Assembly: GCA_020439555.1 (NCBI GenBank)
Contig: JAGQSN010000095.1
Span: 1 to 54,335, forward strand
Length of the DNA stretch: 54,335 nt
Direction: 5' to 3'
Source: Acidimicrobiales bacterium
GTDB taxonomy: Bacteria > Actinomycetota > Acidimicrobiia > Acidimicrobiales > Iamiaceae
Each line of letters opens with the position of its first letter. Within the stretch, counting starts at the first letter, position 1. Both the position numbers and the translations under genes were made by a program. This document shows, one piece after another, positions 26,616-35,239 of the stretch. The notes under the pieces were generated by a model that worked only from the letters and a program-made list of their open reading frames with translations, ran no database searches and was not told the origin of the DNA.

Positions 26616-28328
26616 ATGAGCGCGTTCTGCGACCTGCACGTCGACTTCCGTTCGACAGCTCCCGCCGTGACGCGCCTCATGCAGCCGTGGCGTCGTGTGG
26701 CGGGGGAGGACGCCGATCCGTGGATCGGGGTCGCGGGCGAGATCGAGCCTTCCCACGTGCGGCTCCCGGGATGGGACGTCTGGGCAGTGGGCCCGGTGTT
26801 CACCTATCGGTCCGACGACAACGATCCCTTGCACCGCTTCGCGATCGACCTCCAAGTCGGGGCGGCGCAGCCATCCGCGCTCGACTCGCAAGCTGCGGTC
26901 TTCGCCTGGGACAGTCGGGCTCGCCGGCTACACGTGATCACGGACCGGATGGGCACCGTCCACGTCTACCGGTCCGGTAACGATTCGGTCGGGACCTTCA
27001 GTCCGGCGGTCGCTGGATCGGGTGGCCACAGGTTGGACTGGATAGGCATCACCGGTTTCTGCGGCTTCGGCTTCTACCCCGGTGATCGAACGGCCCTGGA
27101 AGACGTACGCATCGTCCGTCCCGCGACCTGGCTCCTACTGGACGACCGGGGAGCCACGGTGTCGGAGCGACGGACGTGGACGTGGACGTTCGAGCCTGCG
27201 AACCGCAGCGTCGACGAGACACTCGAAGCCTTCGATGACGTGTGGACGAGGGTGCTGGCTCGCCGGCTGCGGGGATCCCGGGCGGTGATTCCGCTGTCGG
27301 GTGGGCTGGACTCTCGGACGATCCTCGCTGCCGCGACCTCCGCCGCGGTCGGTGCAGACGTCCGGACCTTCACCTACGGCTATCCGGGGTCGCGGGTCGA
27401 GACCTCGGTGGCTCGGCGGGTGGGCGCGGCCCGGGGAGCGTCTCCGCTCGAGCAGACGGTTGGGCCGTACCTGCTCGACCGGTTCGACGAAGTATTCGAT
27501 GCGGTCGAGGGTTTCGTCGGCCTCACCCTGCCCCGCCAGGCGGGTGCGTCCGACGTCATCGGGTCGCTCGGTGACCGCGTTGTGGGAGGTCACTGGGGCG
27601 ACGTCTGGTTCGACTCGATCGGATCGGGCTCCGAGACGGTCTCACCGGTGGAACGTGCGCTCACGATCTTCGCCAAGCGTGGTCGGTCGACGCTCTTCGA
27701 CGAGCTCTGTCGCCCTCATCTGAACGGGCTCGAACCGGAAGACGTCCTCCGCGGCCTGATCGCCGACGAGGTCGCTCGTCTCCCGGACCTGGGTGATCCG
27801 GCCATGCTGCTCAAGGCCCTCAAGACCGAGCAATGGTCCTTCCGCTGGACCCTCGCCGGCACCAGGGCGTATCAGTTGGGCGCATCGGTCGACCTGCCTT
27901 TCTACGCCGACGAGGTCGTTGATCTCTTCCTCACGGTTCCGCAACGGATGTTGTCCGGTCGAGCCCTTCAAGTTGCCTACCTCCGTCGCTTCCACCCCGA
28001 CCTGGCGGCGATCCGCTGGCAACAGAGCGGTACGACGTTGCTCGACCGATGGTGGGAGCGACCGGCCGCCAAGGCCGAACGGGCGGTCCGCAAGGTGTCT
28101 CGTACCGCCCTGCGCAGGTCGGTGCTCGAGAGGAACTGGGAGGTCCAATTCCTGGGTGAGGGGCGGTCGGCCCGGTTGGAGTCACTCGTCCGACCACTGG
28201 TCGAGAGAGACCTTCTGACGAAGGCTGGTGCGACCGAAGCACTGGACGAGTTCGCAGTTCACCCGGCGCCGGACAAGGCCCATCGCATCGACGTCATGGT
28301 CGCCCTGGCGGCGGTACTCGATAGATGA
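26616..28328 (+). CDS. Asparagine synthase-related protein lacking the N-terminal catalytic Cys
   Basis: RBS GAGGGGGAG before ATG 26616. ITDRMG..VY, PLSGGLDSR, FTYG and LPF motifs present; no MCG start. Confidence 0.85.
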   Translation: MSAFCDLHVDFRSTAPAVTRLMQPWRRVAGEDADPWIGVAGEIEPSHVRLPGWDVWAVGPVFTYRSDDNDPLHRFAIDLQVGAAQPSALDSQAAVFAWDSRARRLHVITDRMGTVHVYRSGNDSVGTFSPAVAGSGGHRLDWIGITGFCGFGFYPGDRTALEDVRIVRPATWLLLDDRGATVSERRTWTWTFEPANRSVDETLEAFDDVWTRVLARRLRGSRAVIPLSGGLDSRTILAAATSAAVGADVRTFTYGYPGSRVETSVARRVGAARGASPLEQTVGPYLLDRFDEVFDAVEGFVGLTLPRQAGASDVIGSLGDRVVGGHWGDVWFDSIGSGSETVSPVERALTIFAKRGRSTLFDELCRPHLNGLEPEDVLRGLIADEVARLPDLGDPAMLLKALKTEQWSFRWTLAGTRAYQLGASVDLPFYADEVVDLFLTVPQRMLSGRALQVAYLRRFHPDLAAIRWQQSGTTLLDRWWERPAAKAERAVRKVSRTALRRSVLERNWEVQFLGEGRSARLESLVRPLVERDLLTKAGATEALDEFAVHPAPDKAHRIDVMVALAAVLDR

Positions 28329-28506
28329 CTTCGAAGCTGCCACCGGAACTCTGCTGGGACCCGGCGCGCGCCGGCATGGATGGAACGCGCGGTCGCGTGG
28401 AAGAATGGCCGACCGCACCCCCCTGGGCCGCTCCAGCGGTCGCCCTGACATTCTCTGATCTCATGCTGAGAGGACGACTCGTGGCCAGGAATATGTTTCT
28501 ATCGGC

Positions 28507-30324
28507 GTGTTCGCGTTGAAGGCGACCACGTCGTCGTCCTCCACGGACGATCGCGGTTGGTGGGCGTCCTTTCGGCCGTATTTCGGGTCCCGGAAGCTGG
28601 ACATGGCCGGAATGGCCGTCGCGTCGATGCTCGCCGGTGCCGTGGAGGCTGTCCTCCTGGTGATGATCGCGAACATCGCGCTCATCGTCGGTGGATCGGA
28701 TCAGAGCCAGGGACTCGCGGCGAACCTCGGTCCGATCGACGCCCTCAACCTGAGCGTCGGACAATCTCTCGTGTTCGCTCTCGGCCTCGGTTTGCTTCGG
28801 AGCGTCCTCCAGGTCGCCGATGCTGCGATAGCGGGCCGGATGATCGCCGAGCTCATCCGCGACATTCGTGCATCGGTGTTCCAGGACTACATCAGGACGT
28901 CGTGGGCGGAGCAGTCGAGTCACAGCGAAGCAGACATCCAAGACCTCTTGGTCCGTCACGTGAACAGGGCGACAGGGGCCGTCAGTGCCATCGCCCGCGG
29001 CATCAGCACCTCATGTCTCGTGCTCGCGCTGTTGGCATCAGCGGTGGTGGTGGACCCGTTGTCCGCAGGACTCCTGGTGGTGGCAGGTGGTCTGCTCTTC
29101 GTGGTGATCCGGCCGCTGACCCGGCTCGCGAAGGGTATCGCCAGGCGCCAAGTAGTGGCCGGCCAGCACTATGCCGAAGTTTCACTCGAAGCCATCTCGA
29201 CCAGCCAGGAGATCCGCGCTTTCGGTGTGAACGACAGGGTCGCGGATCGCCTGCGCAAGGCGACAGACGCGGAGGTCGAACCGACGCGCCACTCGTTCGT
29301 CCTGCGTGAGATCGTCACGTCGTCGTACCAACTGGCCACGATCCTGCTGCTCCTCAGCGGACTCTTCGCTGTCTACAAGTTCGTCGATCGACCGCTCGCG
29401 TCGCTGGGTGCGATCGTCGTGATCCTGGTGCGAGCCCTGAACCAGACCGGCCAGATCCAGTCCTACTACCACCTGCTCACCGAGACCGGGCCCTTCCTCG
29501 ATCGCCTCGCGGACGAGACGGAGAAGTTCCGGGCCAACGTTCCCAGTTCCGGCAACACGAGAATCGCCGCACCCGAACGGCTCGTACTCGAACACGTGAC
29601 CTACGAATACCTGCCGGGACGTCCCGCCGTCGAAGACGTCTCGATCGAGGTGTCGCGAGGGGAGACGGTCGGTCTGATCGGGCCGTCCGGGAGCGGCAAG
29701 TCCACCATCATCCAGATCATCCTGCGACTTCGTCAGCCCGACTCGGGTCGCTATCTGCTCGACGGCGTCGATGCTGCAGATGTCGACGACGAGTCCTGGT
29801 TCGACCAGATCGCGTTCGTCCCTCAGGATTCTCGGCTCATCGCGGGGACCGTTGCCGACAACATCGCCTTCTTCCGTCCCGACGTGACCCGTGCCCAGAT
29901 CGAGGACGCCGCCAAACGGGCATACGTCCACGAGGAGATCCTCGCGCTCCCCGACGGCTACGAGACCGATCTCGGGAGCCGGGGTGGCTCGCTGTCGGGG
30001 GGTCAACGACAGCGGGTGACCATCGCACGTGCCCTGGTGAGAGATCCATCGATCCTCGTTCTCGACGAACCGACCAGTGCCCTGGACATGCGATCCGAGT
30101 CTCTCGTGCATCAGACCTTCGCCGAGTTGAAGGGGCGAGTGACGATCTTCGTGATCGCGCACCGGTTGTCCACCCTGAACACTTGCGATCGGCTTCTCGT
30201 CATGGGCGACGGGCGGGTCCAGGCGTATGGTTCGAGAACCGAACTCGAGCGCGACAGTGCCTTCTACCGTGAGGCTCTCCGACTGTCGAAGATCCGCGGC
30301 GGCGATGAAGGTGAGCGAAGCTGA
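28507..30324 (+). CDS. ABC transporter permease/ATPase fusion (MsbA/PglK/Wzk-like)
   Basis: N-terminal TMD, GPSGSGKST, FVPQD, LSGGQRQR, LVLDEPTSALD and IAHRLST. Confidence 0.95.
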   Translation: MFALKATTSSSSTDDRGWWASFRPYFGSRKLDMAGMAVASMLAGAVEAVLLVMIANIALIVGGSDQSQGLAANLGPIDALNLSVGQSLVFALGLGLLRSVLQVADAAIAGRMIAELIRDIRASVFQDYIRTSWAEQSSHSEADIQDLLVRHVNRATGAVSAIARGISTSCLVLALLASAVVVDPLSAGLLVVAGGLLFVVIRPLTRLAKGIARRQVVAGQHYAEVSLEAISTSQEIRAFGVNDRVADRLRKATDAEVEPTRHSFVLREIVTSSYQLATILLLLSGLFAVYKFVDRPLASLGAIVVILVRALNQTGQIQSYYHLLTETGPFLDRLADETEKFRANVPSSGNTRIAAPERLVLEHVTYEYLPGRPAVEDVSIEVSRGETVGLIGPSGSGKSTIIQIILRLRQPDSGRYLLDGVDAADVDDESWFDQIAFVPQDSRLIAGTVADNIAFFRPDVTRAQIEDAAKRAYVHEEILALPDGYETDLGSRGGSLSGGQRQRVTIARALVRDPSILVLDEPTSALDMRSESLVHQTFAELKGRVTIFVIAHRLSTLNTCDRLLVMGDGRVQAYGSRTELERDSAFYREALRLSKIRGGDEGERS

Positions 30325-32186
30325 TGTGCGGGTTTGCGGGCGTCGTCGGTGTTGCCGGCGACGCTGACGGGGCCGCATGGGCGTCGTGGGCGTCGCGACA
30401 GCTCGAGCGCCGTGGACCGGATGCATCCGGTGAGTGGTCAGATCCCGACGCCGGAGTTCACATGGGCTTCCGGCGACTATCGATCATCGACCTGAGCGGA
30501 GCGGGTTCACAGCCCATGATCGGTCCATCGGGCCGGTCCGTTCTTCTCTTCAACGGCGAGCTCTACGAGCATGTTCAACTGCGGCGGAGGCTCGAGAGGG
30601 ATGGGGTCTGCTTCCGCGGCCGGTCGGACACCGAGGTCGTGGCCGCTGCGCTGGAGAGGTGGGGACCGAAGGCGCTCGACCGTTTCGATGGCATGTTCGG
30701 CTTGGCGTGGTATCTGCCTGCTGAACGGCGTCTGCTCCTGGCTCGGGACCACGCCGGGATCAAACCGTTGTTCATCGGCCATGGACCTTCGGGACGTGGC
30801 GTCTCGTTCGCCTCGCAGTACGACGTCGTGGCGAACGGGCCGTGGGGGCGCGCAGACCTGGATCCCGAGGCTCTGGCCCTGTATCTCGAGCTTCATCACA
30901 TCCCGGCGCCATACGGCCTCCTTCGTGGTACTGGTCAGTTGGGCCCTGGGGAGTTGCTCGAGGTCGTCGACGGCCGACTCGCGGGTCGTCGCGATTGGTG
31001 GACCCTGCCCTCCTATGCCCCTGCCTCTTCCGCATCCGACACGATCGATGTCCTGCACGAGGTCCTGGGGCAGTCGGTGAGCGATCAGTTGGTGGCCGAC
31101 CGACCGGTGGGAACGTTCCTGTCCGGGGGTGTCGACTCCGCACTGGTCACCGCTTTGGCGGTGGAGGCGTCGGCGGCTCCGGTCGAAGCCTTCACGATCT
31201 CGTTTCCCGGCGAGGCCAACGATGAGGCTGGGATGGCCGCCGCCTTCGCATCACAACTCGGTGTGCTGCACCACGTGGAGCGGATCACCGACGACGACGC
31301 GATCGGCGCGGTCGAGGACGCCGTCGCCGCGTCGGCCGAACCCGTCGGTGACTTCTCGATCATCCCCACCACCGTCCTGTCCAGGTTCGCCGCCGAACGC
31401 GTAACCGTCGCTCTGTCCGGTGACGGCGGAGACGAACTGTTCTTCGGGTATGTAAGGCCATGGTCCCTGCTCAGGTCCGGAAGGTGGTTCAGGGCGCCGT
31501 ACCGAGTGCGCCGGGGTCGCTACCTCGCGGGACGCCTGCCCGGAGTGCCGGCCGTTTCGGAGGCAGTCGCCGCACGCAGTGCCGGTGACTACTACCGAGG
31601 GGTGAACAGCCGCACGACGACCTGGCGAGATCGACTGGCTCCAGGTCTGCCGACGCCACCGGACTTGTCCTGGTATCGCACTCGAAGCCGTTCCGATCGC
31701 CGGGAGTTGATCGAGTTGTCACGCCGTGCGGAGTTCTACGGCCAGCTCCAGCGAGTGTTGAGAAAGGTGGACCTTGCGTCGATGCACAACAGCTTGGAGG
31801 TCCGGGTCCCGGTGCTCAGCCGAACGGTCATCGAGCTGAGCGCGACCGTGGATGTGGACGATGCACTCAGGGCGGGGCAGCGCAAGGGGCCGTTGCGGGA
31901 TCTGCTGGCTCGGCTGACACCGACCGTGGAACAGCAGAGCGCAAAACAGGGATTCACACCACCGTTGACACGCTGGATCGATGGACCGCTACGACCGATG
32001 ATCGAAGAGCAGCTCGGTGCCGTGTCCTGGGAGCTGGACGGCATCTGCGACCAGGCGGCTCTCAGGGCGCTCACGGACCCTGCGATGCCTTTCAGGCATT
32101 GGAGAGCTTGGACGGTCTTGTCGCTCGAATGGTGGTTGCAGCGGCTTGCTGCCATGCCGATCGACTTCCGACAGGCCGTCTCGTGA
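30324..32186 (+). CDS. asnB: Asparagine synthase (glutamine-hydrolysing) family amidotransferase, second copy
   Basis: MCGF, RRGPD, FNGELY, LSGGVDS, ALSGDGGDELFFGY and KVDLASM. Confidence 0.95.
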   Translation: MCGFAGVVGVAGDADGAAWASWASRQLERRGPDASGEWSDPDAGVHMGFRRLSIIDLSGAGSQPMIGPSGRSVLLFNGELYEHVQLRRRLERDGVCFRGRSDTEVVAAALERWGPKALDRFDGMFGLAWYLPAERRLLLARDHAGIKPLFIGHGPSGRGVSFASQYDVVANGPWGRADLDPEALALYLELHHIPAPYGLLRGTGQLGPGELLEVVDGRLAGRRDWWTLPSYAPASSASDTIDVLHEVLGQSVSDQLVADRPVGTFLSGGVDSALVTALAVEASAAPVEAFTISFPGEANDEAGMAAAFASQLGVLHHVERITDDDAIGAVEDAVAASAEPVGDFSIIPTTVLSRFAAERVTVALSGDGGDELFFGYVRPWSLLRSGRWFRAPYRVRRGRYLAGRLPGVPAVSEAVAARSAGDYYRGVNSRTTTWRDRLAPGLPTPPDLSWYRTRSRSDRRELIELSRRAEFYGQLQRVLRKVDLASMHNSLEVRVPVLSRTVIELSATVDVDDALRAGQRKGPLRDLLARLTPTVEQQSAKQGFTPPLTRWIDGPLRPMIEEQLGAVSWELDGICDQAALRALTDPAMPFRHWRAWTVLSLEWWLQRLAAMPIDFRQAVS

Positions 32187-33343
32187 CAGTCCGCGAGTCG
32201 CCGTGGTCGGTGATGTACACGATCCCGAACTTCGTCACGGCGGGTTCGGGCAGAGCCCTCGCAAACGTGGCCCTCCGCCTCGATCGGAACCATTTCAGCC
32301 CGATCGTCGGCGTTGCTCGCCGTCACGACACAGCGATCGAACAGGAGCTGGAAGCCGCGGGCGTCCCCGTCGTGGAGATCGACCTTCGAGTTCCGCCGCG
32401 CCCATACCAAGGATTGCCGGGCCGCGTGCGCCGCCGAGCAGAAGAACTGGCCGCCCATGACGTCAGCGTGGTCCACTCCTTCGACTACGGCGACGGCTAC
32501 ACGGAGGCCCTGGTCTCGCGTTCTGCGGGCGCCGCATACGTGTCGACCAAGAAGAACATGGGGTGGGGGAGCCGAGCGTGGACGGTTCGATCTCTCGTCT
32601 CGAACCGCATCGCGGTGCAGAACGAGGAGATGTTCCGTCGCTTCTTCTCACGCCCGTGGTACCGGAGCCGAACCCGGTACATACCCCGCGGCGTCGTAAC
32701 CGAGCACTTCAAACCGTTCGGTGACGTCGGCGCTGAGTTCCGGATCGCCCACGGAATCGACGCCGGTGCCGTGGTGGCCGTCACCGTGGCGAGCATCACG
32801 CCCCGGAAGAACCAGATCCAGACCGTCAGAGCGCTTTCCCATTTGCCGGAGCTGGTGCTCGTGCTCGTCGGGCCCGACTTCGAGGACGGCTACGGGGCAG
32901 AGTTGGATGCTGTCGTGGCAGAACTGGGAGTGGGCGATCGGGTCGTACGGATCGGGCCGCTCGACGACGTTCGCCCGGCGTTGTGGGCAGCTGACCTGTT
33001 CGTCCTCACGTCGCGGGCGGAAGGCTCGCCGGTCGCGCTGATCGAGGCGATGAGTGCAGGTCTGCCGGTCGTTGCCACCGACATCCCTGGCATTCACGAG
33101 TTCCTATCCTCATTTCCGCACGCTGATCTGGTAGCCGTCGACGACGTGGAGAGTCTCGTGTCGAAGTTGGAAGCGCTCGTCCGGTCCCGGGACCTTCGTG
33201 AGACCAGGCGCACCGCTTCTCTCGATCTCGTCGCCAGACGCTCGATCGACCTGGAGGTGGCTAGAACCGAATCGATGTACCTGGAACTCCTTTGGGGCGG
33301 CCGAGACAACCGCCGAGACACGAACGTTGAAGCAAATGACTGA
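32183..33343 (+). CDS. GT4 glycosyltransferase
   Basis: ASITPRKNQ and DLFVLTSRAEGSPVALIEAMSAGLPVVATD; GTGA overlap. Confidence 0.92.
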   Translation: MTVRESPWSVMYTIPNFVTAGSGRALANVALRLDRNHFSPIVGVARRHDTAIEQELEAAGVPVVEIDLRVPPRPYQGLPGRVRRRAEELAAHDVSVVHSFDYGDGYTEALVSRSAGAAYVSTKKNMGWGSRAWTVRSLVSNRIAVQNEEMFRRFFSRPWYRSRTRYIPRGVVTEHFKPFGDVGAEFRIAHGIDAGAVVAVTVASITPRKNQIQTVRALSHLPELVLVLVGPDFEDGYGAELDAVVAELGVGDRVVRIGPLDDVRPALWAADLFVLTSRAEGSPVALIEAMSAGLPVVATDIPGIHEFLSSFPHADLVAVDDVESLVSKLEALVRSRDLRETRRTASLDLVARRSIDLEVARTESMYLELLWGGRDNRRDTNVEAND

Positions 33344-34133
33344 ACCGACGAGTGTGAAGGTCCGTTCGGGGCGGCGGCTCATCTGGTACGAGGCTCGCCC
33401 GGACGACGCGTTCTGGCACGAACACTGGGGGGTGAAGGTCTCCCCGGCGTACTACGAGGACGCGCGTCGCCGCGACCTCGGAAGGGATGAACTCGGTCGA
33501 GTGCTGGCCGAGGTCTTCGACCGGGAAGGTCGCCTGATCGAAGCCGGCTGTGGTGCGGGCTGGTACGTCGCGGCCCTGGGAAGCGCCGGCTACGACGTCG
33601 ACGGAGTCGAGTCGTCCGAGCCGTTGGTTCAACTCGTGAACAGGGTCGAGCCTTCGTTGCCGGTCCGCCGTGCTGACGTCACTGCACTCCCAGAGGCTGA
33701 CGAGACCTATAGGTCGTACTTGTCGATCGGCGTCGTCGAACACCGCGAGGCGGGGCCGCAGCCGTTCCTGTCGGAGGCATTTCGCGTCCTGGAACCGGGC
33801 GGCCGGGCGGTGTTCACCGTCCCGTCCTTCGGTCCGGTCCGCCGCTTCAAGGCGCGGGTCGGCCTGTACGGCAGGCAGTGTCCGCCGCACCTCGAATTCT
33901 TCCAGTACGGGTACACCGGTGATGAACTGGCGGAACTGATCGCCGAAGCGGGCTTTCTCGTCGACCGAGTCGGCTACTACGGAACCTACCGGCTCCTCAG
34001 CGAGGAGATCCCGCTGTATCGATGGGCGACACGCCAACGGGGCGGAGAACGCTTGGTACGGCGACCCATCGATCGGCTGCTCGCCGGTCGCGACGGCCAC
34101 ATGGTTCTGGTCGTTGCCACGAAGCCGTCGTAG
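33336..34133 (+). CDS. Class I SAM-dependent methyltransferase
   Basis: LIEAGCGAG, ADVTALP, SIGVVEH and EAFRVLEPGG. Confidence 0.9.
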   Translation: MTEPTSVKVRSGRRLIWYEARPDDAFWHEHWGVKVSPAYYEDARRRDLGRDELGRVLAEVFDREGRLIEAGCGAGWYVAALGSAGYDVDGVESSEPLVQLVNRVEPSLPVRRADVTALPEADETYRSYLSIGVVEHREAGPQPFLSEAFRVLEPGGRAVFTVPSFGPVRRFKARVGLYGRQCPPHLEFFQYGYTGDELAELIAEAGFLVDRVGYYGTYRLLSEEIPLYRWATRQRGGERLVRRPIDRLLAGRDGHMVLVVATKPS

Positions 34134-34144
34134 GAGGAGCGGAG

Positions 34145-35239
34145 TTGAGCTCTGTCGGACGCCCGGAGCCACGCGTGCCGAGGCCGGCCGACCGATCCGA
34201 GCCGCTTCGGGTATGGGTGTCGAACATGCCCGAAGCCGATCTCTTCGACAGGCATCAGCGACTCTGGTTGGTCCCGATCGTCCGTGCTCACCTCGACGCA
34301 GACGATGATCCGGCCGTCCTCGCGGACCGCTACGGATCGCTCCTCAGCCATTACGTCCTGTGTGGCCCGGACGAGGCGGAGGTGGCCCTCCTGCCACGAC
34401 TGGTTACCAGTGGAGACGATCCCTCGATCCGTCCGACCGTCGACGAGGCGGAACGGCGCGGTCTTCGAACTCTCGTGTTCGGGGGAGGGGATCTGGAACC
34501 GGTCGTCAGATCAGCGGCCGCGATCGTCGTTCACCCTGGGCCGACGCGAGGTGCACAACCCGACGCGGACGTGCTCGCACAGCCCTACTTCGTGACGGAT
34601 CGCTGGCGTGGACCGATGGAGAGAAGCGACACCGAGCGACCCTCGGTGGCGTTCTGCGGCCAAGGTGCGTCGCGCCCGGGTGCCGGTGTCGTCCAGTTGG
34701 TTCGACGTGGCGCCTCATCGCTGAGAAATCGTGGCCGGGGGTCCGTCGTGCCAGCGCCGGTTCGGGGCCACATCCGGCTCCGTGCTCGTGCCCTCGCATC
34801 CTTGGCTCGACATCCAGGGGTGGATGACAGGTTCGTGATCCGTGACCGGTACCGGGCCGGCGGTGGCGGGCCCGCTGCCCGTGCGCGTGCAGAGGAGGAG
34901 TTCGACGACAACCTGCGGTGCGCGACCTACGCGTTGTGCGTCAGGGGCACGGGCAACTTCTCTGCCCGGTTCTACGAGGCGCTCAGCTTCGGACGGGTTC
35001 CCTTGTTCGTGAACACATCCTGCGTGCTGCCGTTCGAGGATGAGATCATTTGGCGTGACCACGTCGTATGGGCCGACGATTCCGAAGTCGAGGAACTGGG
35101 CGATCGCCTGGTCGCCGCTCATTCACGAGGAGTGGGCGAACGTCGGTTACCTCATGCGATCCGTTTGCTGTGGGAGCAACGTCTGAGCCAGGACGGCTAC
35201 TTCAGTCACCTTCCGGGCGCGGTCCGTCGACTCCTCTGA
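34145..35239 (+). CDS. Exostosin (GT47)-family protein
   Basis: AFCG, YALCVRGTGNFSARFYEALSFGRVP..LPFEDEIIW. AGGAGG before TTG 34145. Confidence 0.8.
   Translation: MSSVGRPEPRVPRPADRSEPLRVWVSNMPEADLFDRHQRLWLVPIVRAHLDADDDPAVLADRYGSLLSHYVLCGPDEAEVALLPRLVTSGDDPSIRPTVDEAERRGLRTLVFGGGDLEPVVRSAAAIVVHPGPTRGAQPDADVLAQPYFVTDRWRGPMERSDTERPSVAFCGQGASRPGAGVVQLVRRGASSLRNRGRGSVVPAPVRGHIRLRARALASLARHPGVDDRFVIRDRYRAGGGGPAARARAEEEFDDNLRCATYALCVRGTGNFSARFYEALSFGRVPLFVNTSCVLPFEDEIIWRDHVVWADDSEVEELGDRLVAAHSRGVGERRLPHAIRLLWEQRLSQDGYFSHLPGAVRRLL

Noticed and set aside
13192-30324. Canonical lasso peptide cluster (PqqD, HprK kinase, AsnB-like, ABC)
   Set aside because: No transglutaminase-like B2 leader peptidase and no short precursor with Thr(-2) and ring Asp/Glu; two of the AsnB homologues are ordinary glutamine-dependent types.
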